Source of the DNA: Octopus sinensis
Taxonomy: Eukaryota
Assembly (NCBI RefSeq): GCF_006345805.1
Contig: NC_043014.1
Location: forward strand, 38,936,001 to 39,000,000
Direction of reading: 5' to 3'
DNA length: 64,000 nt
Shown here: positions 53,370 to 64,000 of the stretch, piece by piece
How positions within the stretch are numbered: position 1 is the stretch's first letter
How the letters are laid out: every line of letters begins with the position of its first letter
The notes under the pieces: model-generated
The model's database searches: none
What the model was told of the DNA's origin: nothing
What the model saw: the letters and a program-made list of their open reading frames with translations, nothing else
Program-made: the position numbers and the translations under genes

Positions 53370-53633
53370 CCCAGGTAAAGGTAAAGTTTCCTTCTTGAGT
53401 AATACTGACCCATAAGGGCCAGTTTCCCAGTTTCCATGGCATAGAAATTCCCCACCTGGATGGGATGCCAGTCCATCTCAGGATTACTCATTTTTGCCAG
53501 CTGAGTGGATTTGAGCAACGTGAAATGAAGTGTTTTGCTTAAGAACACATCAGATCGCCCAGTCCAGGGATTGAAACTACAACCTTATGATCATGAGTCC
53601 AATATCCCTAACCACTAAGTCACGTGCCTTCAC
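53370..53633 (-). mobile_element. SINE E with V-domain-like tail
   Basis: Reverse-complement relative of 55113-55360. Confidence 0.8.
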
Positions 53634-53659
53634 ACCAGCAAACACACTCTCACATTAAG

Positions 53660-54200
53660 CATTACAGCAATGGCACGCAATAAAGTATATTGGATTACCA
53701 GAGGGGCTATTGAAATAGTCAAACAGTTGGACAGTGTGGACTTGAGACCAGGTAGAGATTGTGATCTGACAGATGAAGGGTCAAGTTTACAGGTTTGCTG
53801 TGGCTCAAACAAGAGAGTTCTTGACCAGAAAATCACATAGGTTTCTTTCACATTTGAAAGAGAGAACTAGAGGGTCAGAGCAATGTCAGTGTCAAATTAC
53901 AGAAGACAAAAGTTGCAGAAAATGTTTTTATCGGAACAAACAGACAGGAGGATGAAAGGAAAGGGAAAAGAGCTAGTGGAGGGAGGACTGAAGGGAAAAA
54001 GCTTGATTGAGAGTGCAGATTTAGAAGCCGGATGTGTCTACAAGGAGTTGGGAGGCTTTGAGCAATGTAGTATGTTTCTGTAGGAGAAGTATCTGTCATG
54101 GAGATTAAGGAGTTTGATGTTTGTGAGATAGGAAGAAGAAAAAGCAAAGTTGGGGGCAGTTTGACATTCGTGCAGTTCCAAGCATCTGATGCCTTGGACC
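53660..54200 (-). pseudogene. Decayed Penelope-like element ORF (RT thumb to start of GIY-YIG)
   Basis: Frames give SFHP..KHFLQLL, DPLVLSFKCERNLCDFLVKNSL and SGNPIYFIACHCC, resembling PLE motifs TYHP, PLxxFKRxKNLxDxLV and NVIYxIxCxxC. Confidence 0.55.
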
Positions 54201-54325
54201 AGTAATCATTTGTCGACCCTGAAACAATGAAACCTTGTCAGGGTTGATTTTGCTGATTTTTACCATCTGTCTATTAAGGGTCAATAAAATAATTCTTTGT
54301 AATATTATTTCCACTGAGGTATAGG

Positions 54326-54737
54326 TGCAGGAGTGGCTGTGTGGTAAGTAGCTTGTTTACCAACCACATGGTTCCGGGTTCAGTCCCACTGCGTGGCACC
54401 TTGGGCAAGTGTCTTCTACTATAGCCTCAGGCCGACCAAAGCCTTGTGAGTGGATTTGGTAGACGGAAACTGAAAGAAGCCCGTCGTATATATGTATATA
54501 TATATATATATGCGTGTGTGTGTTTGTGTGTCTGTGTTTGTCCCCCTAGCATTGCTTGTCAACCGATGCTGGTGTGTTTATGTCCCCGTTACTTAGCGGT
54601 TCGGCAAAAGAGACCGATAGAATAAGTACTGGGCTTACAAAAGAATAAGTCCCGGGGTCGATTTGCTCGACTAAAGGCGGTGCACCAGCATGGCCACAGT
54701 CAAATGACTGAAACAAGTAAAAGAGTAAAAAGAGTAT
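54326..54737 (+). mobile_element. SINE A, young subfamily
   Basis: Nearly identical to 62794-63232. Confidence 0.9.
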
Positions 54738-55112
54738 ATGGTTTCTCTTCCTCAATCTGCTTTATTCAGAAAGAAACCATTATGAAGAGCTGGCAGAATT
54801 GTTACCGCAATGGACAAAATGCTTAGTGGCATTACTTCCTGCTTTTTTATATTCTGAGTTCAAATCCTGCTGAGACTGACTTTGATTTGCATCCTTTCAG
54901 GATTGATAAAATAAGTACCAGTTGAATACTGGGGGATTACTCCTTCCCTTCAAAACTGCTGGCCTTGTGCCAAAATTAGAAAGAATTATTACAGAGAAAG
55001 AGGATACTATGCAGCAGAGATAGACATAATCTACCATGAAGCTGAATGCCAGTGACCAGATTTCAATTCTCAGTTGATACCATTTCATTTCTCTTATACT
55101 ATTAAAGCCTCA

Positions 55113-55360
55113 TGGAGGCGCGTGGCTTAGTGGTTAAGGTGTCAGCACCATGATTGTAAGATTGTCATTTCGATTCCTGGACTGGGCGACGCGTTGTGTT
55201 CTTGAGCAAAACACTTCATTTCACGTTGCTCCAGTCCACTTAGCTGGCAAAAATGAGCAACGCTGCGATGGACTGGCGTCCCGTCCAGCTGGAGAACACA
55301 TACCCCATTGAAACCGAGAAACTGGGCCCATGAGCCTGGCTAGGCTTTAAATGGGTGCAT
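55113..55360 (+). mobile_element. SINE E with V-domain-like tail
   Basis: tRNA-like head, CORE-like TTGAGCAAAACACTT, and CTGCGATGGACTGGCGTCCCGTCCAG. Confidence 0.85.
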
Positions 55361-55417
55361 TTATTTATTATTTTATTATTAAAGCCTCAGTCTTTTAATA
55401 ATATTGATTGTGGTGTT

Positions 55418-56250
55418 AAGGTAGTGAACTCACAGAAACATTCGCACTCCAGGAGAAATGCTTAGCGGTATTTCGTTTGTGTTAAGGCAGCGAACAGGAA
55501 GAAATGTAAGCACACCGGGCGAAATGCTTAGCAGTATCTCGTCTGCCGATACGTACTGAGTTCAAATTCCACCGAGATCGACTTTGCCTTTTATCCTTTT
55601 GGGGTCGATTAAATAAGTACCAGTTATGCACTGGAGTCGATAAAACCAACTTAATCCATTTGACTGTCCTTGTTTGTCCTCTCTGTGTTTAGCCCCTTGT
55701 GGGTAGTAAAGAAATAGGTATTTCGTCTGCCGCTATGTTCTGAGCTCAAATTTTGCCACGGTCAACTTTGCCTTTCATCCTTTCGGGGTCGATTAAATAA
55801 GTACCAGTTACACACTGGGGTCGATATAACCGACTTAATCCATTTGACTGTCCTTGTTTGTCCTCTCTGTGTTTAGCCCCTTGTGGGTAGTAAAGAAATA
55901 GGTATTTCGTCTGCCGCTATGTTCTGAGCTCAAATTCCGCCATGGTCGACTTTGCCTTACATCCTTTCGGAGTCGATTAAATAAGTACCAGTTACACACT
56001 GTGGTCGATATAACCGACTTAATCCATTTGACTGTCCTTGTTTGTCCTCTCTGTGTTTAGCCCCTTGTGGGTAGTAAAGAAATAGGTATTTCGTTTGTCT
56101 TTATGTTCTGAGCTCAAATTCCGCCGAGGTCAACTTTGCCTTACATCCTTTTGCGATTGATAAATTAAGTACCAGTTGCGTACTGGGGAAGGGGTTGATC
56201 TAATCAACTGGTCCCCACCTCCCCAAAAATTTCGGATCTTGTGCCTAGAT
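55418..56250 (+). mobile_element. SINE B2 host with a nested full-length B1 trimer
   Basis: Old head, TSD GGTATTTCGTTTGTGTT (55467-55483), new head plus three 184-bp units, TSD GGTATTTCGTTTGTCTT (56085-56101), then the remainder of the host. Confidence 0.9.
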
Positions 56251-56992
56251 TAGAAAAGAATATTGGTTGTGGTGTCGGCGATCTTGAGGAGAAAGCATGA
56301 ATGTCATTAGTTCTTATTTACCGCCCATCATAACGATAACACCTTGTCCTTCCTCTTAAACTTTATCTTTCCACCAGTCATTCATTTCGCTTCCAGCTGT
56401 TTAAAGCCAGGTTATTTATAAAACCTTAGAACAAAAGTACTCGCTAATGATAACATTGTCTCTGTTTCTTTGGTTTTCTCTTTCTTTAAACAGTTTCTTT
56501 CCATTTTTAAAATATGTTCAAATAGTATTTTAAGTTGTCTGATGCTAAAACAGAAAAAAAAAAGCATTCCTGATTTAATTCAATATTCCAAGGTCTTGTT
56601 GGAAGCTCAGTTTTAGCAGACTAATTCTTTCTTTTCTTTATTAAAATTTTTATGTTATCCATTCATATTATCTTGTGTTCTACATTTTAATATTCTTACT
56701 TTTATTTATTCGTTTATTTCTACATGTTATTTGCAAGTATAATAATCACAGACAAAATAGAAATAAAACCCCAAAAAAAAAGAATGGCATTTCTATTACG
56801 TTTTTAGATTTTTATTCACAAATTTTCAAGTTTCCATTCTTATCATTTTCTTTCACCTTCCTTTTCTTCACTTCACCACCCCTTCCTTCCATCTCTACTC
56901 TTTCCTCCTCCTCCCATCTCTCTCTTTCTCTCCTTGTCTCTCTCTTCCTTCAAAATTTACTGCCTCTCTCTGTTTCTTTCTCTCTCTCTGTT

Positions 56993-57032
<40 letters not shown>

Positions 57033-57042
57033 TCCCTCCCTC

Positions 57043-57121
<79 letters not shown>

Positions 57122-57205
57122 TACCTTCTATGTGTATATATTTCTGGTTTTGTTTTTTAAAATTTTTCCCCCAGAAGAAGATGTATATGTACGTACACAC
57201 ACACA

Positions 57206-57236
<31 letters not shown>

Positions 57237-57535
57237 CGCAAACACACACACACACGCACGCAAACACACACACACTCTCTCTTTCACACATACACATACA
57301 AACACATACACATGCATGCACATACACACAGGTGTCACATAACTAAAGGATTTTTTTTCTCAGTACATTCTTAAATTTTGCCTTAGTTAAAGGATGTCCT
57401 ACACATATGTGTGTGTGTGTGTGTGTGTGCATCTCTCTCTCTCTCTCTCTAAATATATATATGCGTGTGTGTGTGTGTACAAAGAGAAATAGTAAGATAC
57501 ATATACAAAATTGAAGAAAGAATGTGATTCTCTCT

Positions 57536-57615
<80 letters not shown>

Positions 57616-57618
<3 letters not shown>

Positions 57619-57966
57619 TTATGAGAGTTTTTAGTTCGAACCGTGCACGTCTCGAGATAGGCTAGAGAGTTTCTATTTTGGATATATTTGGGATACTTAA
57701 TCGTGCTCATGACTTAGTGTTTGCTTCTTCCGTGGGTATAAGTGAGTATTTCACTTATTTCTTTGCTGCATTTATCACTGATGAAGGGAAGGTTCTTATG
57801 AACTAACTCTGAAATCGGGTCCGATATGGTAATAACGGGATTTTTTAGAAATTTCTGTCGGTTTTCTTCGAAACGCATGCTTGTAGTGATAAATTACATG
57901 GTTATTGACGTTATGTCTATTTTCGGCATATTTTGGCATTAGAAATGTTTTCTTTTGCCCTTACTT
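57616..57966 (+). mobile_element. Solo Penelope-like pLTR between (TA)n tracts with hammerhead fold (57773-57826)
   Basis: UAUCA-CUGAUGA-[AGGG..GUUC UUAU GAAC..CUCU]-GAAA-UCGGG-UC-CGAUA. Confidence 0.6.
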
Positions 57967-59273
57967 ATATATATATATATATATATATGCACACCCCATC
58001 TTAACAAACCCCTCTTATTTGATATCATTCTCATTGCCCTTACATATCTGCAAGCATCCTGCAATGAAAAGCACAACACAAGGACAACCTGTCACTAGCT
58101 ATGTTCAGTGGCTTATAAATACAGACAGGAACTGTTTTTGCAGGCACTGATCATCCCTCAAAACCCCTATGAACTCATAAGAGCTGGCTTAACCTCTCTC
58201 GGGTGAATTCTGTTACAAGACAAGACAAGATGATCCTTATGTAGTGCAGAGTAGCCACATATCTCCTCATAACACAAGACATCTGTACTTGTCCCTCTTT
58301 CATATTTTGGCCTCTCAATACCTAGCATAAAGCTACCAGCCTCTGTCTCTCCACTATAATCCCATTTAGTCAAGGGAGTCTACATTTTTCTTTTATCTTG
58401 CAAATTACTTGACCAGCTCACTAATGCTTGGGTCACGCACACACACACACACAAAAAAAGCCACCCAGTACACTCAGTGAAGTGGTTGGTAATAAGAAAG
58501 TATTCAGCCTTAGAAACCATGTTAAAAGCAAACATTGGAACTTGATGCAGTTCAGTTCATATTAGCAGGAACACTAAATGATGATGAATATGAATATGAA
58601 TATGATGATGATGATGATGATGATGTCAATGATGATGATGGTGATGATGATGAGTACGATGACGACGATGATGATTTACATGTTTGTGTGTGTGTATAAA
58701 AACACAAGGGAAGAGTACTCAATATATATGTATATAATGAAAAATTAATTATAACAGTAATTAAAAACTTAGATTTTACACCCTAGTGACTTTCAGTTTT
58801 GCATTGCTGCTGTTCTGTGTCTCCTTATTTTCTTTACTGCTCTTCCTGTCTTTCTCACCTCCGTCTCTCTCTCACACACATACGCGCGTGCGCGCACACA
58901 CACACACATGCACACATATACACGTGCATACACACATGCACACACACATATGCACACACAAAAAACATGCATGCACACGTACACACACACATGTACACAC
59001 ACACACGTGAACATACACAAACACACACATGCACACACATACACATGCATACACACATGCCACACACACACACACACACATATGCACACATAAAAAACAT
59101 GCATGTGCACATACACACACATGTGAACACACACATGGACACACTTGCACACATACACATGCACACACAACACATGTGTGCGCATGCACACACTCACATG
59201 CACAAATACACACACACACACACAGTATTCCTTCTTGCTTCTCCATTTCCCGAATCTGTTCTTCCATTATATC

Positions 59274-59355
<82 letters not shown>

Positions 59356-59533
59356 ACAATCTGGATTTAGTGATTTTTATCTAATAAAAACTAACAAGTT
59401 ATTGAGAGAAATACAATTACAGACACACACACACACACACATGTGTGCGCAGAAAGAGAGAGAGGAAGAGAGAGAGAGAGAATGAGAGAAGTGAGTAATA
59501 GGAAAGTGGGTGACTGGAGAGAGAGAGAGAGAG

Positions 59534-59586
<53 letters not shown>

Positions 59587-59698
59587 AAATAACTGAAAAA
59601 ATAAGAAAAACAGAAAGACAGAGAGATGAAAGAGATAAAAGAATCATAGAGAGTAAAAGAGATTAGTGAAAAGGAGATGGGAGAGAGGTGAAAGAATG

Positions 59699-59730
<32 letters not shown>

Positions 59731-59772
59731 GTACACACTAATGTATATATGTGCATGTATATATATATATAT

Positions 59773-59811
<39 letters not shown>

Positions 59812-59929
59812 TATATATATATATATAATATATATAATTATATATATATATATATTGGTGTATATATATATATATATATATAGATATATATATATATAAT
59901 ATGTATATATGTATATATTATATGTATAT

Positions 59930-59967
<38 letters not shown>

Positions 59968-60449
59968 AGAAGAGAGAGAGAGAGAGAAAGAGTGATTGAA
60001 AAATATCATAAAAAGTGAAAAAGATGAGTATAAAGGAGATGTGAAAGACAGGAAAACAAGAAAGAGAGCAAGGAGGAAATAGAGACATAGAAAGGGGATG
60101 GAGAGAGGGAGAGAGAGCAGGGGAGGGAGAGAGAGAAGGATATGTAGGTGGACAACGATGAGATATCTTTCTGAATGGATGAGATTATAATCTCTTTTCT
60201 GAAGGTGTGGACTGCCGTAAGATATGGAGAAAGTGAAAGTTGCGACACTGTAAAAATTGTCTTTTAATACATCGGAACAGGATTAGCCAGAGATAAACAA
60301 ATATGTTTATTTCTAGGAAAAAAGACAAAAAAAAGGAAAAGGAAAAAAAATCTAACTGTAATAAATATGGTAAAAGAGAGCAATCTTGAGGAAACACTAC
60401 TCTTTTTTAGCATTCTTTATGGTTTGTTCTTATTGGTTTCAAATTTTAG

Positions 60450-60935
60450 CCCAAAGCCAGCAGGTTCAGGAGTGGAGGATAAGTCGATTACTGGTTCATA
60501 TTTCGTCAACCCTGAAAGGATGAAAGGCAAAGTCAAGCTCAACCTCCAAATATTCGTTTCAAATTTTGTTACGAGGTCAGCAAGTTTGAGTCAATTACAT
60601 TGACTCCAGTGTTCAACTGGTACTTACTTTATCGACCCTGAAAGGATGAAAAGTAAAGGTGACCTCAGCAAAATTTGAACTGAGGATGTGAAAATGGATG
60701 AAATACCTATTTCTTTACTACCCACAAGTGGCTAAACACAGAGGGGACAAACAAGGACAGACATAGGTATTAAGTCAATTACATCGACCCCAGTGTGTAA
60801 CTGGTACTTAATTTATCGACCCTGAAAGGATGAAAGGCAAAGTCGACCTCGGCTGAATTTGAACTCAGAACGTAACGGCAGACGAAATACCGCTAAGCAT
60901 TTCGCCTGATGTGCTAACAATTCTGCCACCTCCCC
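60450..60935 (-). mobile_element. SINE B2 host plus B1 insertion
   Basis: Junction GAAATACC|TATTTC at 60707, with a diverged old-type head. Confidence 0.8.
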
Positions 60936-61753
60936 ATCATTATAGCTTGTTTTTATTTAAAAATTAAAAAAAAAAAACGAAGGAAGGATACACTATACAA
61001 GATGTTTTCTTTTATTTTTTTCTTGTTTTCAATCATTGGACTGTGGCCATACTGGGGCATCGCCTAGAAGGGTTTAGTTGAACAGATCAACATCAGTGTT
61101 TATTTTAAGTCTGGTACCCATTCCATCAGCCGCTTTTGCAGAAACTGCAAAAGCTATGGGATATAAACAAACCAGCACTGGCTGTGGTAGCGAGGGTCAA
61201 ACATACACACAAAGACATACATGTATACACACACACATACATACATATATGGCAGGCTACCACACAATTTCTTGTACAAGATATCTTCTTATCTCTTTTG
61301 ATTTCAATCATTGAACATTGGCCATGCTGGAGCACTACCTTGAAGGGTTTAGTTGAACAGACCAACACCGGTTCTTACTTTTTAGTCTCTTCTGTCAAAC
61401 TGCTAGAGCTACGGAGACATAAACAAACCAATACTGGTTGTCAAGTGTTGGTGAGGGTCAACTTAAAACACAGACATACATGTATACACACACGCTCTCT
61501 CTCTCTCCCTCTAACACACACACATACACATACACACCACACACACACACACATACACATACACACCACACACACACACACAACAGGCTGCAGAATGGCC
61601 TGAGTGTTTTTTATGTGGCACCGGCACAGGCAAGGTCAGTTTCGGCATGGTTTTTACAGCTGGATGCCCTTCCAAATGCCAACCACTTTACAGTGTGGAC
61701 TGAGTGCTTTTTATGTGGCACCAGCACTGGCAGGGTCACCAAGTAACTTTCAA

Positions 61754-62131
61754 AAGTCCCTAAAGTCCATCCCCTCCTCACTGTGGTGGGGACGCTGTCA
61801 ACGGGTAGTGTCAGAGCTATGCCGTCAGGAACTTCGGTTCCTGGTAGGGCCACCCAAGGCGGATTGGTCTGACACCGAGTGGTATTAGGGCCACAACCTG
61901 GCAGACGGGGCTCTGGTGAAAATCCTCGGAGTGTCTACTCTGGCAACTGGCAGCTCCTCGGTCATTCTGTCCTTGTCTCTGCGGACAATCTGCGGTAAAC
62001 AGGATGTCTCCACATGCGGGATTGTTGGGGACTGCTTGTGAAAACCACATATTCCCACGAGACTTCTTCCATGAGTAGAAGAAGCCGACTCAACCTGCTC
62101 AGGGTGAATGTCACCACAAGTACAAGTAAGT
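61754..62131 (+). mobile_element. 378-bp bipartite RTE-like non-autonomous element nested in a family D repeat
   Basis: TSD AAGTAACTT(T/G)CAA at 61741-61753 and 62132-62144. RTE-5'-like GAGCTATGCC...CCTGGTAGGGCCACCCAAGG, and (CAAGTA/TAAG)n tail. Confidence 0.55.
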
Positions 62132-62339
62132 AAGTAACTTGCAAGACAAAAAAAATTTTTGGGAGGGATGGGGACTTGGAGGAGGTAATCTTGTGTCAGA
62201 TGATGAAAGAGTAAAGTATGACAGAGAGACAGAGACAGAAACGGGTATCTTGCTGTAGAGGGGGTACATGGTTTCCCAGCCAGAGAGAGAGTGAGAGAGA
62301 GTGCCTAGGTATGTGTGTGTGAGTGTGTTTGTATATATA

Positions 62340-62695
62340 TTGTAGAAGACACTTGCTCTGCATGGCACCTTAGGCAAGTGTCTTCTACTATAGCCTCGGG
62401 ACGACCAAAGCCTTGTCAGTGGATTTGGTAGATGGAAACTGAAAGAAGCCCATCGTATATATGTATATATATGTATGTATGTGTGTGTGTACATCTGTGT
62501 TTGTCTCCCAACATCGCTTGACAATCGATGGTGGTGTGTTTACGTCCCCGTAACTTAGCGGTTTGGCAAAAGAGACCGATAAAATAAGTGCTAGGCTTAC
62601 AAAGAATAAGTCCCGGGGTCGATTTGCTCGACTAAAGGCAGTGCTAGAGCATGGCCACAGTCAAATGACTGAAACAAGTAAAAGATTAAAGAGTA
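62340..62695 (+). mobile_element. SINE A with short inverted 5' part
   Basis: GTAGAAGACACTTGC is inverted next to GGCAAGTGTCTTCTAC. Body and tail are present. Confidence 0.8.
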
Positions 62696-62793
62696 TATAT
62701 ATATCATGGACTCTCCTGTCGTTAGATGGCATACGAGGGCCTCTGGAGTTTCTTGCTGAACAACCAGACAGATAATTTGTTTATTGTGATCAC

Positions 62794-63232
62794 AGGAGTG
62801 GCTGTGTGGTAAGTAGCTTGTTTACCAACCACATGGTTCCGGGTTCAGTCTCACTGCGTGGCACCTTGGGCAAGTGTCTTCTACTATAGCCTCGGGCCGA
62901 CCAAAGCCTTGTGAGTGGATTTGGTAGATGGAAAACTGAAAGAAGCCTGTCGTATATATGTATATATATATATATATATTATATATATATATATATATGC
63001 GTGTGTGTGTTTGTGTGTCTGTGTTTGTCCCCCTAGCATTGCTTGACAACCGATGCTGGTGTGTTTATGTCCCCGTTACTTAGCGGTTCGGCAAAAGAGA
63101 GCGATAGAATAAGTACTGGGCTTACAAAAGAATAAGTCCCGGGGTCGAGTTGCTCGATTAAAGGCGGTGCTCCAGCATGGCCGCAGTCAAATGACTGAAA
63201 CAAGTAAAAGAGTAAAGAGTAAAAAAGAGTAA
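62794..63232 (+). mobile_element. SINE A, young subfamily
   Basis: Nearly identical to 54326-54737. Confidence 0.9.
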
Positions 63233-63904
63233 AGCATGTGCACTTGCATAAGCTCACTCCTGGTCATCACATCAACATAACCTGTACAGGCGCATGATAT
63301 GTCACGTGTCAGATAACGAAATGATTGCAGAGTAATGTGAAATGGAACATTTTGCTCAAGAACGCAGTGCAGTACCTGGTCTGGGAATCAAAGCCACAAT
63401 CTCGCAATTGTGACTACAACACCCTAACACACACACAATATATATACATATATGCATTGCATGTCTGTCTGGTTTTTTTTTTTTGTATGTGTCTATGTTT
63501 ACAACAGCCTTTTTGTTTGGTTTTAGCTTCTGTGCTTTTATGACTATTAATGATTGCTTTTATGTTAATATATTTACAAGTCAAACCCTTGAAAATTCCA
63601 TGGGAAGCATGACTTATTCATGTTCACTTTATAACAACTGTAACAAATAATAAATTCTTAGGAAATACCAGTTACACTACTACCTTAACTGTCTACAACA
63701 AACAAGTGCATCGAAAACTGTAATACCACCTCTCCAACAAGGAAAACACAATAACCAGCATTGCCATGACCATCACCTAAAACAGGAAAAAAACAAGCAA
63801 ACAAGCAACAGTTACAAAGTGTCTCATTTACATTGTGAATGTCGCAGTTTATGAAAGGAATACACATATTTAATCAATGCCTGCTTTAAATCATTCTTCT
63901 ACAT

Positions 63905-64000
63905 GTTTCAGTCATTTCACTGTGGCCATGCTGGAGCACTGCCTCTAGTCGAGCAAATCGACCCCAGGACTTATTCCTTGTAAGCCTAGTACTTATTCTA
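63905..64000 (-). mobile_element. SINE A 3' part (runs off the window)
   Basis: TTTCAGTCATT..ACTGTGGCCATGCTGGAGCAC motif. Confidence 0.85.

Noticed and set aside
52954-53442. 162-aa minus-strand ORF
   Set aside because: Its start lies in a SINE, no domain is recognised and the splice signals are weak on both strands.

Overview
AT-rich, extremely repeat-dense animal genomic DNA, most likely intronic or intergenic octopus (coleoid cephalopod) sequence. That assignment is an inference from the tRNA-derived CORE/V-domain-like SINE families and the microsatellite load. No intact protein-coding gene is supported. Nearly all listed ORFs are microsatellite or SINE artefacts, and the only recognisable protein remnants are decayed transposon ORFs: D34D mariner, two D37D maT transposases, two R4/Dong RLE-LINE 3' ends and a Penelope RT/GIY-YIG linker. 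The window holds about 50 SINE copies (working labels A, B1/B2, C/E), RTE-tail repeats (label D), three non-autonomous Helitrons, several MITEs, a 288-bp tandem repeat and many inverted duplications. Top observations: (1) SINE B1 repeatedly inserts at a GGTA motif that also lies inside its own family, building nested head-to-tail arrays, with TSD evidence; (2) several (TA)n-anchored Penelope-type terminal repeats carry hammerhead-ribozyme folds, one with a compensatory U3-A8 core; (3) a 378-bp bipartite RTE-like element begins 2 nt before an HDV-like ribozyme fold; (4) template-switch inversions and templated insertions cluster here; (5) one AG|GT recursive-splice-like site. Family labels are mine. 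All family assignments come from motif recognition, not database searches.
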